NCBI GenBank assembly: GCA_041576165.1
Contig: JBFGLM010000009.1
Location: forward strand, 50,441-114,440
Direction of reading: 5' to 3'
Source of the DNA: Acidimicrobiia bacterium
GTDB lineage: Bacteria > Actinomycetota > Acidimicrobiia > Spongiisociales > Spongiisociaceae
Length of the DNA: 64,000 nt
This document shows, one piece after another, positions 8,859 through 18,127 of the stretch. Every line of letters begins with the position of its first letter. Positions within the stretch are counted from its first letter, which is position 1. The translations under genes were made by a program, and so were the position numbers. The notes under the pieces are model-generated. The model ran no database searches and was not told where the DNA came from. It saw nothing but the letters and a program-made list of their open reading frames with translations.

Positions 8859-11800
8859 CTAGCGTCTGCTGGAGGCCATGTCGAGCACGCCCCCCAGTCC
8901 GAGTGTCTCGGCCGTGGCGCGAGCTCGGGAGAGGAGGTCGACGGACCGTGCCGGGTCGCTTTCGGCGAGAGCTCCTCCGTGTGCCGCTTGCGTCAGCGCT
9001 GTGAACGCCGGTGCCTGGAGCCGTTGGTGGATCGCTGCCGCCGCGGTGAAGGTGGCGTCGGCCGCGGCGGCATCGCCGAGAATCGTGTGCATCAATCCGA
9101 CGAAGAATTGGCCGGCAGGGAGGGGAGTCCACGGAACCCCGCTCATCAGGTCGCTCACGGGTTCGAAGGCCGTGATCGCGGCCTCAGCCCACGCTGGATC
9201 GCCGAGGTGCCACACGGCCATGGCGCAGGTAGCGAGAGCGATGCTGCCGAGGAATAGCTCGGGAAGACGAGGCAGGCGGTCAAGGCGCACCCGATGGAGC
9301 AGCTCCCGGGCCGCCGACTCGTTGCCGCCAGCGGCCTCCGTCCAAGCCAGCGTGCACCGTGTCGGCTGGCCTCCGAATCGCTCGTGGAGGGCAGCCACTC
9401 GCTGCCGGGATGCTGCGATGTCTCCCTCGAGCCAGTCGATCACCAGCCGTTGCCACATGTGGGTGCCTAGCGATGAGTCGCCCCAGCCTCCGATTTCTGC
9501 GGCCCGGTCCGCTGCCGTCTTTGCCAAGGGCAGGCGGCCCTCGACAATGGCGACGGCCGCCTCGAGCTGAAAGCCGACGGTTGCGATCCAATCCGGGGTT
9601 CGGGGATCGTCGGGCTCGAGGGCTGCGACCACAGCCCGGTAGGCCTCGCCGTCGGCGCGCCAGTACTGCGGACACGACACGCCAGTGGAGTAGCCTGCGG
9701 CCACGGGCACATCGAGGAGTTGAGGTAGCCCGGTGTTTGTGTGGGCGCTCATCTCGGCGAGTTCTTGCTCGATCCGATCCACCTCTTCGAGAGCTAGTGG
9801 GCAGTTGATGGCGATGTGTCGCGTGACCAGCGTGGCCGCCAGGGTTGCCGGGTTGGGCTCATCGCGAGCCAGCGCCACGGCTTCTGCGGTCACCCGATCG
9901 CGTTCGCCGAGGGGAGCGGTGAAGATCGAGAAAGCGGCCAGGCCGGCCTGGAGCCTCGCCCGGCTCAGCCGATCGTCGGCGGGACAACGTTCGAGCGCGG
10001 CCTGCAGCAGCTGTGGTGCGCGCGGGTCGAAGTTGGCATACCACGGATTACCCGCCCAGCAGCCGAGGGCCGCCTCGGTGAGCAGGTCGAACTGGTCCTG
10101 TTCGATCGCCCCGGCGGCCGCTCCTTCGAACCAGGGGACGCCCGCGGCAGCCCGGCCGGCGAAGTTGAGCGCGTTGCCGATCTCGAGTGCCAGTTCGGCA
10201 CGCACAACCGGATCGTCTGCTATCGCGAGTGCGCCCTCGAGCAGCGATACCGCCTGGTCAGGGCTCCCCTTGGTGACGGCTTCCTTGGCTGCGCTTCGCG
10301 TCGCACCGATCGCGTCGGCCTTCCCCACGAGCGGTGTGGCAGCAAGGAGGTGATGCGCGACCTCCGCACTCGGGCCACCCCGCTGCTCCAGCGCGGCGGC
10401 GAGGTCCCGGTGAATGCGCGTGCGGCGGCTTCGCGACGTGTTGGCGGTGATGACATCGACCATGAGGCGATGGGTGAACTGGTAGCGATCGAATCGATTC
10501 GGCACCTCGATGAGAAACCGCGCCGCTGCTGCCTCCTCGACGGCGTGGACGGCGTCTCTCTCTCCGAGGCCCGTGATCTCCGCGATCAAGCCGAGGTCGA
10601 ACTCCGCACCCGCGACTGCGCCGGTAGTGAGCAGGTCTACGGTGGCGTCACCCAACCGGCCGACTCTTGACTCCAAGAGGGCCTGAATCGACCGGGGCAC
10701 GGCTGCGGAGCTCTCGCTGTGATCGCGCGCATAGCGGACAAGTTCGGACACGAAGAAGGGATGTCCTGCGGTCTGTTCCCAGAGCGCTTCGGCGTCAACA
10801 TTTGCCTGGCTGCGGTCGACCAGCAACCGCAAGTCGTCGGCATCGAGGCCACCAACCTCCAAGACCTGCACCTGGGGGAGTCGTTCCAAGCTCCCCAGCC
10901 AGGTGGCGCCCTCGTTTCCTGGTTCACCTGCGCCATCGCGGCACGTGACGAACAACCCCACAGCCCCTCCATCGGCTTGGTGCAGCATACGTTCGAGGAG
11001 GATCCGTGTAGCCGGATCGGCCCACTGAACGTCGTCGATGAGCAAGGCGGTGGCTTGACGAGATGCGGCCTCCCGCACGATTCGGTTGAGGCCGGCCAGC
11101 AGTCGCCAGCGCTCGGTTTCCGCGTCGGGATCGGGCGTCCCCACGCTGACCCCGGCGTGCGCCGCGAACGCCGGGAAGTGGCGGCCAACCTCGTCGAGAT
11201 AGGGGCCGGCGTCCGCTTTCACGGTCGCAGCATCCTGGTTCCGGAGGTACATATCGACAGCGCCCTGAAACGGAAGCAACGGCGCGGTCATTCCCTCCTC
11301 GCATCGGCCGCTGAGCACGAGCCCGCCGGCGGCCCGAATCTCCCGAGCCGTCTCGACGAGAAGCCGAGTCTTGCCCACCCCGGCCTGGCCCACCAGGAAC
11401 ACAGCAACGCACGCGCCCGCGGTAACTTCCATCCAGATGTCGTGGAGCACCTTCAGCTCTCGGACGCGACCAACGAAGGGGAACTCTTCGTCAACCAGAA
11501 TCCCGACCCCCGCAGGGGCTGGGATGGGAGTCTCCGACCAATCGAGAGCCCAGCACCGAACGCTCCCGAGCCCTTTGAGCTCGATGTCACCGCGATCGAT
11601 CAGTGGGAATCCCTCCCACGAGCCGGCGAGCGTCCGGACGACGTCAGAGACGAGGATCTCGTCATCGGCCGCAGCCGCGCACAGACGGGCCGCTTCAACC
11701 ACCGGGGTGCCGAACACATCCCCCCCAACCTGGGATACGTCGCCCGCGCTGAGACCTACGCGCAACTGGATCGGCCCGCCCTCGCGGCGAGTAGCGGCGC

Positions 11801-12053
11801 GGTTGCATACCACGATCTCGGCCGCCGACGCCAGCGCAGCTCCAGCGCTCGTGAAAACCGCCATGACGCCGTCGCCCGTCCCCTTCACGACGCGGCCCTG
11901 GTGACGCTTGATGACCTCAATCTGCGTCGATTCCACCATTTCGCGCAGCTTCTCGGCCTTCGCGTCGCCAAGACGCCGTCTGCCCTCGGTGGAACCGACC
12001 ACGTCGGTGAACAAGACAGTGGCCGTTCCGAGCTGGCTTTGTTCCACTGCCAT
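8859..12053 (-). CDS. Class III adenylate/guanylate cyclase fused to an AAA/STAND ATPase and helical repeats
   Basis: LFTDVVGST, KGTGDGVMAVF, RVGLSAGDV, AARL; FVGR, Walker A GQAGVGKT, Walker B LLIDDVQWAD, GHPFFV, YQFTH. ATG at 12053. Confidence 0.9.
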   Translation of the reverse strand: MAVEQSQLGTATVLFTDVVGSTEGRRRLGDAKAEKLREMVESTQIEVIKRHQGRVVKGTGDGVMAVFTSAGAALASAAEIVVCNRAATRREGGPIQLRVGLSAGDVSQVGGDVFGTPVVEAARLCAAAADDEILVSDVVRTLAGSWEGFPLIDRGDIELKGLGSVRCWALDWSETPIPAPAGVGILVDEEFPFVGRVRELKVLHDIWMEVTAGACVAVFLVGQAGVGKTRLLVETAREIRAAGGLVLSGRCEEGMTAPLLPFQGAVDMYLRNQDAATVKADAGPYLDEVGRHFPAFAAHAGVSVGTPDPDAETERWRLLAGLNRIVREAASRQATALLIDDVQWADPATRILLERMLHQADGGAVGLFVTCRDGAGEPGNEGATWLGSLERLPQVQVLEVGGLDADDLRLLVDRSQANVDAEALWEQTAGHPFFVSELVRYARDHSESSAAVPRSIQALLESRVGRLGDATVDLLTTGAVAGAEFDLGLIAEITGLGERDAVHAVEEAAAARFLIEVPNRFDRYQFTHRLMVDVITANTSRSRRTRIHRDLAAALEQRGGPSAEVAHHLLAATPLVGKADAIGATRSAAKEAVTKGSPDQAVSLLEGALAIADDPVVRAELALEIGNALNFAGRAAAGVPWFEGAAAGAIEQDQFDLLTEAALGCWAGNPWYANFDPRAPQLLQAALERCPADDRLSRARLQAGLAAFSIFTAPLGERDRVTAEAVALARDEPNPATLAATLVTRHIAINCPLALEEVDRIEQELAEMSAHTNTGLPQLLDVPVAAGYSTGVSCPQYWRADGEAYRAVVAALEPDDPRTPDWIATVGFQLEAAVAIVEGRLPLAKTAADRAAEIGGWGDSSLGTHMWQRLVIDWLEGDIAASRQRVAALHERFGGQPTRCTLAWTEAAGGNESAARELLHRVRLDRLPRLPELFLGSIALATCAMAVWHLGDPAWAEAAITAFEPVSDLMSGVPWTPLPAGQFFVGLMHTILGDAAAADATFTAAAAIHQRLQAPAFTALTQAAHGGALAESDPARSVDLLSRARATAETLGLGGVLDMASSRR

Positions 12054-12406
12054 TGAGCCTACCGATGGCCGGTCGAACGCGGCGTGGCCGCTACGTGCTC
12101 GGAGCCACCACCCGGCATCTGAGGACGGCCTGTGCCTACTCAGGCCGACCACCTGGGCCGCCCCGTCATCCTCGGCCTCGTGGTCACAGGCCTCCCCATC
12201 GCCCGGAACATGGGCCCTGCCCGTCGAGTCCGAATCGATACACGGTGACGATCCAACAACCGGCGGCGTATGCCGCCGCGCCCATCGGCTGCTCTGACCC
12301 ACACGAGACCATCCCCGATCACCCGCTCTGCTCGATAACGAACCGACACGTGAAGCGAGCCGATCGGCACCTCGGCGCTCGGTCGAGGCGAGGTGTCGCG
12401 TCGGCT

Positions 12407-13045
12407 TCATGGCGACGTAGCAACGGTCTCGATTTGTCGGCAGGTGGCTTCGAGCGCAGCATCCCGATCGACGAGTTCTGACAGCTCTTGCGACCGGGTC
12501 GCCGTGTCCCAGCTGAGGGACAACTCCACCGCTTGCAGGGCCCGCGTGCCGCGGAAACGACCCATGGGGAGGAGACCACCTGCTCCCAGGTCGGCCAGGC
12601 GCGAGCCGTTGTCTGGCTGATCGAACCCTGAGTAGGGCCACGAGGTGGGGGATGCCGGCTGCGAGTGCCTGCGCGATGCTGCCAATGCCGCCGTGGGATA
12701 CCAGGGCGCGTGATCGGGGTAGCAGCCGCGTGAACGGCGCGTAGGTTTCGTGACGAATCGTCGGTGGCAACGAATTTGGTACCACGGAGGCGTCGCGGGT
12801 CACGAAGACCCCACGAAGGTCCAGGGTTGCACAGATCGACTGGGCCGTGCGGAAGAATGTGGCGGCGCGGATGTTGGCGGTGCCGGCGGTGAACACCACG
12901 GGCGGTGTCCCCCGGGCGATCCAAGCCTCCAGCTCGCCGCCGAGCGGTTCGGCATCGTCGTAGAGCGGGAACCCGGTGAGGCGTACGAATTTCGGCCAGT
13001 CGGGCTGCGGCGGGCCATACCACTCGGGGAACAAACCGAGATGGC
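12407..13045 (-). pseudogene. GT1/RhlB-like glycosyltransferase C-terminal fragment with frameshift
   Basis: LGLFPEWYGPPQPDWP and SHGGIGSIAQALAAGIPHL, continuing in another frame as FDQPDNGSRLADLG. Confidence 0.8.
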
Positions 13046-13130
13046 GGAGCGGGCCGGGATCGAGAAGCGGGTCCATCCGGATGGCCTGCGGCATACGATG
13101 GCGTTCGAGCTGATGATGGAAGGCGTTGCA
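13041..13130 (+). pseudogene. Tyrosine recombinase/integrase fragment
   Basis: AERAGIEKRVHPDGLRHTMAFELMMEGV resembles the H-x-L-R-H catalytic box, with His changed to Asp. Confidence 0.65.
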
Positions 13131-13398
13131 TGTCTCCTTCGACCTTCACCCTAAAAGGGCGATGACGCCGGCTTTGCATGACATGGAATCCCGGTTCGTG
13201 CCCCGCTTCGCCTAATGAGCTCCATGCCGCCGACGGAGAACGCGTCATGCGCGCCAAATGGGAGTGTTAGATCGGCCGCGAAAAGCGCTCAAACTCTCGC
13301 AATGGCACCCGGACCCAGATGGCTCTGATCCGGATCGATATCACGCCGTGTCCGACTCGCGCAGACCGGCAGCTCCGTGCGACGTCATGGCAGAGGTG

Positions 13399-13680
13399 TC
13401 ACACCTGTTCGATGATTGCCCCGTACCGTTGCTGCGCCGCCTGCGCAGAAGTTCCGAGCAGCTCGCCGATCCTCGCCCAAGAGATACCGGCAGCACGTGC
13501 CGCGGCCACTGCGTCGAGGATCTGACGTTCGCTCCGGGCGCGGGCCATCGCGGCCCGCTGGAGCGAATACTCTTCGATGGGCGATTCGTCGCCCTCGGCT
13601 GGCTCGTAGTCTTCGAATCGCTGCGCCAGCTCGTCGGCGTGGTCGAGGATCTCTTGGATAGATCTAGGCATCACGGTCAC
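13399..13680 (-). CDS. Putative HTH antitoxin
   Basis: C-terminal HTH (AVAAARAAGISWARIGELLGTSAQAAQQRYG). Overlaps the upstream small gene by 4 nt. Confidence 0.75.
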   Translation of the reverse strand: MTVMPRSIQEILDHADELAQRFEDYEPAEGDESPIEEYSLQRAAMARARSERQILDAVAAARAAGISWARIGELLGTSAQAAQQRYGAIIEQV

Positions 13681-13898
13681 CTCAGAAATCGTGGTCGGGC
13701 CGCCATGGCGTGAACAATGAACTCGATACCTTCACCGACCGCCACGCCTATCTCGAGCATGCGCCCAGCTTGGTCGGGGCCGATCAGCATGACGAGATCG
13801 TCGAGATCGAAAACTCGGATGGGGTTGCGGTAGGCATGAAGCATGTCGTTGTCACGGACCCCGTGCTTGCGGGCGCTCATCAGGATCACCGGATCCAC
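13677..13898 (-). CDS. Putative small toxin (BrnT/RelE-like fold, actinobacterial)
   Basis: 73 aa with SARKHG, LIGPDQAGRMLEIG and IVHAMAARPRFL. Toxin-first two-gene operon. Confidence 0.65.
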   Translation of the reverse strand: MDPVILMSARKHGVRDNDMLHAYRNPIRVFDLDDLVMLIGPDQAGRMLEIGVAVGEGIEFIVHAMAARPRFLR

Positions 13899-13900
13899 GC

Positions 13901-13918
13901 CATCAACTTAGCTTGATG
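13901..13918. promoter_or_regulatory. Palindromic operator of the TA pair
   Basis: CATCAA-CTTAGC-TTGATG, 2 nt upstream of the GTG start. Confidence 0.6.
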
Positions 13919-14579
13919 ATCTTTGATTGTCCATGCGTGGTGTTGGTCCAGGGATCGTTGTCGGTAGCCGCAGCCCGGTCACCAGCCATGTCGTTCGTCA
14001 GGACGATGACCGTGCCACCTGGTGTGGGTTTGTGGGCGAGCTTGTTCTCGGCGCCCGAGCCGCTGCCTTCAACAAAGGCAACGCCAATTATCTTCAAGTC
14101 ATGTCCGACTATCAGCGATGGGTCGAAGAGTCCCATCCCGAGTCGTATGACGAGATGTTCGTCCGGAGTTCACCCACCATGCTCCCGGAGAGCATGGAGT
14201 TGCAGAGCCAGATGATGGCCGAGTTACTTCGACACGGCAGCGTGACCGAACTAACCGATGGCGCCAGCGGAACTCGGTGAGACCGGGATGGGGCCGCACA
14301 GTGGAACCCGCTGGTCATCGGAGGCGGGTCTGAACAGCTCAGGCGCGTGCTTCGGTATCTATCCGGCGTCTTCGCCTCGTCGTGGGAGTCGGTCAAACAT
14401 GTCAACGAGCTGTTGGAGCGCTCTCCACGCACGCTCATGGTGAGTATCCATAGCCTTCAGGATCTCTCGCTCGGGATCAGGCTCATGTTCCTGTCTCCAC
14501 CGAGGCTCGGTGAGCTGGCCCATAGTGGGTCGGAGGTAGCCGAGGTGGTAGCAAGATCTGATTTCGTTGACGCCTCGGG

Positions 14580-14745
14580 CCACAAGCCCGCAAGTGTGAG
14601 GAGAACGATCACCGAACGCCGCCGATGCAAATCCGCACCCACGTAAGGTGTCATCAGAGAGTCTCCTCGCATCGGTTGTGATGACACCCCGAGTCTCGCC
14701 TCGGGACACAAGAGCGGGGAGGCTCCCGCTCTTCATCGCATCACG
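14580..14745 (-). mobile_element. IS110-family upstream end plus first ~20 codons of the transposase
   Basis: MTPYVGADLHRRRSVIV (DEDD first-Asp motif) from ATG 14654 with AGGAG SD. Upstream hairpins AAGAGCGGG/CCCGCTCTT and CCCGAG/CTCGGG. Confidence 0.6.
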
Positions 14746-14958
14746 TCGAGGGGCGATTCATAACTGCCGCATCGGTGGGGCCTCGAACGTGCGAGAGCCG
14801 TGTTGGTGCGCGTGGTCATGGGCGAGGCTCTCAGGAAGGATGGCCCTAGCGACGCCGACGTAGGAACCCTCATACTCGATAGCGGCAGCCGGGGCTGGGA
14901 ACGAGTGGGTTCGCAATCCCGGTGATAGCCGGGATTGCGAAGATTGGGGGAGGTAGCT

Positions 14959-15450
14959 ATGAAGCGAGCGACTGTCGTTCTTCTGTTCGGCTTGCTGTTC
15001 ATGACGGGGCTCACGTCCGTTGGCGCGGCACCGCCCGACAACCCGTTTGTCGGGTCGTGGGAGAGTGTCTATCTCGACGAGAGCAATGACATCGGCGAGC
15101 TACTCGGCGAGCGCGCCCTGAGGTTCCAGATTGGGGGCGGGAAGGGCCACATCCACGGTACGGCCAACCCCACCGGTATCTGCTACGCGCAGTATGAGGA
15201 GTTGATGCGCAGTTCATCCCTGGGGTGGGGCGCCATCGTCAGCGAGGACCCATACGTCTTCGAAGGCTATGTGGATGTCTACTGCCACACCGAGCAGGGC
15301 AAGCAGCTGGCGTTCGAGGGCTTCCGGCTCGAGTACCAATACGATCCCGACACCGACACCCTCATCGCGCTTCACTACCCGGAAACGGCTCAGTTCAACT
15401 GCCTGTGGCGATCTGGTTCGGATCGGTCAGTCTGCCCGCCATCCGAGTGA
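14959..15450 (+). CDS. Secreted hypothetical protein
   Basis: GGAGG SD; signal peptide MKRATVVLLFGLLFMTGLTSVGA; four Cys in a beta-rich mature region. Confidence 0.75.
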   Translation: MKRATVVLLFGLLFMTGLTSVGAAPPDNPFVGSWESVYLDESNDIGELLGERALRFQIGGGKGHIHGTANPTGICYAQYEELMRSSSLGWGAIVSEDPYVFEGYVDVYCHTEQGKQLAFEGFRLEYQYDPDTDTLIALHYPETAQFNCLWRSGSDRSVCPPSE

Positions 15451-15585
15451 CGTAAGGAGACAGACCACCGGGAGGGCGGAACCAGCGACAGCTCGTCGAG
15501 CGCCATGACCGAACCACCGAGCCGATCACCAGTCGGGCGCCCTAGCGAGCACTTCGCCGAGTGCTTGGTATCAGCACGTCGTGCG

Positions 15586-15984
15586 CTAGCGGTGGATGAC
15601 AGTGGCGACACCGGGAAGGTCGGTGAATGCCTCCTGATCGGCGGTCACGATAGACCGATCGGTAGCTCGAGCGGTCGCAGCGATCAGCAGGTCGTGTGCA
15701 CCGCGTGGGCGGCCCTGGTCGCGAACGGCGACAAGGAGGTCAGCGTGCTCGACCGCAACCTTGCGGTCGTAGGCAATGATGGGGAGCGACTCGAGGATCT
15801 CTTCGACGTAGACCTGGCGGGCATCCCGCCGCTTGCCAGAGGCAAGCCTGACTCCAACGAGCAGCTCGGCGACGGTGACGGCCGCAATGGCCACGTCGTC
15901 GTCATCGTCGATGGCATCGTCGAGGGTGACGTCGCCACGCGCGGCATCAATCAGGAAGGTAGTGTCGAGGAGGAGAAGACTCAT
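15586..15984 (-). CDS. vapC: VapC-family PIN-domain toxin
   Basis: LLDTTFLID, TVAEL, HDLLIAATA and IVTAD acidic PIN residues. Confidence 0.92.
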   Translation of the reverse strand: MSLLLLDTTFLIDAARGDVTLDDAIDDDDDVAIAAVTVAELLVGVRLASGKRRDARQVYVEEILESLPIIAYDRKVAVEHADLLVAVRDQGRPRGAHDLLIAATARATDRSIVTADQEAFTDLPGVATVIHR

Positions 15985-16223
15985 GCCCGGTCTTCAATCT
16001 CCAGCAGTCCTCGGAGATCGGTCAGTTCCTGCGACCACGCCGGATCGGGCCGGTGCCGGCGCAGGAGCGACTTGACTTCGGCGCCACGTCCGCTGGATAT
16101 CGGTTCGAGATGCGCGACCGCCTTGCCGCGGCGAACGATGGTATAGCGCTCGCCGCGGTGTTCAACACCGTCGAGTAGATCGGCGAAGTGACGAGCAGCG
16201 TCAGTAGCAGTGATATCCGGCAT
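15981..16223 (-). CDS. vapB: Phd/YefM-family antitoxin
   Basis: ITATDAARHFADLLDGVEHRGERYTIVRRGKAVAHLEP; ATGA overlap with vapC. Confidence 0.9.
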   Translation of the reverse strand: MPDITATDAARHFADLLDGVEHRGERYTIVRRGKAVAHLEPISSGRGAEVKSLLRRHRPDPAWSQELTDLRGLLEIEDRA

Positions 16224-16525
16224 GTGATCAGATTATCAGATTCGAACTTCGAGATGAACGCCTTTGTCGTGCCGATCACCAAATCGGGTACACGAGCGAA
16301 CCACTCGAGTGTTCGAGATCGGCACGTCGTGAGCAGTCCCTCGCTGCAGCACCGAGTGCGGCGTGGTGCGGCGTGTGCGCAGCGGCCGGCCGCCGCTCCT
16401 CGCGTTAGGCAATCCCACGCCGGTTGCCGGATCCCGGACGCTGGTGGGTGCGCGAGATTGCTCAGGGTGGTGCGTGAGCTGTGCGGCTGATTCCGGGTGC
16501 TGGTGGCTTCCGGCGGCGGGTCGGG

Positions 16526-17125
16526 TCAGAGTCCGAGCCTGGTGCGGATGGTGGCGCGGATGGCTTGGAGGATGGTGGGGTCTTCGTGGAGGAGGTAGGC
16601 GATGTCGGCGCCGGTGAGCATGGTGCTGAGCTCGAGGGTGAGTTGTTCAGGATCGGTGTCGGTCGGTAGTTCGCCGGCTTCGATGGCTTGTTTGGCGTTC
16701 TCGGTGAGGAGACTGGTCCATTGCCTCTGTTCGTCGGCGACTCGGTCGCGGACAGGTCCGGGTCGGTTGCTGACTTCGGAAGCAACGGAAGCGAAGAAGC
16801 ACCCGCCCGGGAACACGCGTCGTTCGACGTGATCGAGATACTCGAGGCACAGCGCGAGAAGCTGGTCTCGGCCGGGTAGAGCTTTGAGGGCGGGGCCGAT
16901 GACCTCGTTGATGAACACGTGGCGGGCCTTGTCGATGGTGGCGAGTTGGAGCTCTTCTTTCGAACCGAAGAGCCCGAAGACGCCGCTCTTGCTCATCCCG
17001 CTCACTTCGGCCAACCGCCCGAGCGACAACCCGTCGAGGCCTTCGACGGTGGCGAGCTGGGCGGCGGCGTCGAGAATCGCTTCTCGAGACCGCTCGCCAT
17101 CTGAGCGTGTCTTCCGGCTCGTCAT
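16526..17125 (-). CDS. TetR-family transcriptional regulator
   Basis: ILDAAAQLATVEGLDGLSLGRLAEVSGMSKSGVFGLFGSKEEL and PGGCFF. Confidence 0.93.
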   Translation of the reverse strand: MTSRKTRSDGERSREAILDAAAQLATVEGLDGLSLGRLAEVSGMSKSGVFGLFGSKEELQLATIDKARHVFINEVIGPALKALPGRDQLLALCLEYLDHVERRVFPGGCFFASVASEVSNRPGPVRDRVADEQRQWTSLLTENAKQAIEAGELPTDTDPEQLTLELSTMLTGADIAYLLHEDPTILQAIRATIRTRLGL

Positions 17126-17149
17126 CGGGGCCTTCTTGGTCGTATCACC

Positions 17150-17203
17150 TTGACAAGATAGCACGCACGGTCGTACGCTCTAATGACTTCGCACGATCGT
17201 GCG
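17150..17203. promoter_or_regulatory. Divergent promoter with two TetR-type operators
   Basis: TTGACA at 17150; CGCACGGTCGTACG at 17164-17177; perfect palindrome CGCACGATCGTGCG at 17190-17203. Confidence 0.7.
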
Positions 17204-17223
17204 GACTAAGGGAAGGAGCAGCG

Positions 17224-17781
17224 ATGACCGACCAGCATTCCATTGTGGCGACCCGACAGGCACCACTGCGGCGGATCTACACCGGGGACGGCACCCAGGC
17301 GATCACGGTGAAACGGGTCCGCACCGTGCAGACCCCCACCACCGATGCGTGGCACGGCACCGTCGAAGCCGTCGACTACCCAACCGTGCAATGGGAGTAT
17401 GGGATCGACGCCAAAGTCGGCGGATACGACGATCTGCCCAACCCCGGGCACATACTCTGCGCAGCCCTCGCCGCCTGCATGGACAGCACCGTGCGCATGA
17501 TCGCCGACCACCTCGGTGTGAGGATCGAGAACCTCGAGGTGGAAGTCGTCGGTGAGGTGGACGTGCGCGGATGCATGGCCATGGACTCCACGGTCCGATC
17601 CGGATTCCAGCAGCTGCGATGCGAGATCCGGCTCCAACCCGCCACGGGAGTCGAGGAGCGATTGGTCCGGATGCTGCTGCACCAAGCCGAGAAGCTCTGC
17701 GTCACCCTCGACACGCTCCGCACCGGTGTCCCAGTCGCCGTGGAGGCCCATCTGGGTGTCCCTGCCGAAACCCCGGCCTGA
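17224..17781 (+). CDS. OsmC/Ohr family protein
   Basis: VGGYDDLPNPGHILCAALAACMD...AEKLCVTLDTL two-Cys pattern; AAGGAG SD. Confidence 0.88.
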   Translation: MTDQHSIVATRQAPLRRIYTGDGTQAITVKRVRTVQTPTTDAWHGTVEAVDYPTVQWEYGIDAKVGGYDDLPNPGHILCAALAACMDSTVRMIADHLGVRIENLEVEVVGEVDVRGCMAMDSTVRSGFQQLRCEIRLQPATGVEERLVRMLLHQAEKLCVTLDTLRTGVPVAVEAHLGVPAETPA

Positions 17782-18102
17782 CCGCAGTTCACCACGCCGA
17801 TTACCAAATACGGCGCAGGAACGACGATTTCGCAGAGTGCGCTGGATCGGCAGTTATGGGGGTAATCGTGTCAAACGATTTCGAGATATGGGGGTAAGCG
17901 TGGTTCACGGGGTGTGCTGCTGGTTCGGTCGAGGAGCATCTGGAAGAGGTCGACGCAATGGTGTTGCCCGTGGGCGGCGCCGTGGTCGCGTTGAGCCTGG
18001 AGCACCGGTTCGAACGGCGCGCGGGCTCCCAGGTGGACAAGCTTCTCTTCCGATGCGTCACGATCGTGTGCCGGTTCGAACGTAGTTCCGTCGGGGCTGC
18101 GC

Positions 18103-18127
18103 CGGTTTCGGCCTTCGGCCGAAGCCG
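18103..18127. terminator. GC-rich hairpin just outside the right att repeat
   Basis: CGGTTTCGGCC-TTC-GGCCGAAGCCG. Confidence 0.5.

Larger units (their letters stand above)
7987..18101. mobile_element. Decayed genomic island integrated at the tRNA-Glu 3' end
   Basis: Direct repeat CCGTCGGGGCTGCG at 7987-8000 and 18088-18101. Interior has IS relics, an integrase fragment, TA pairs and pseudogenes. Confidence 0.7.

Noticed and set aside
8859-13094. 1411-aa glycosyltransferase-cyclase-ATPase fusion in the ORF track
   Set aside because: The GT part frameshifts out at about 12630 and the linker is not protein-like. The real gene starts at 12053.
13927-14520. ORFs 13927-14280 (+) and 14359-14520 (-)
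   Set aside because: Partly protein-like, but without SD, clear start or family motif. Probably gene debris.
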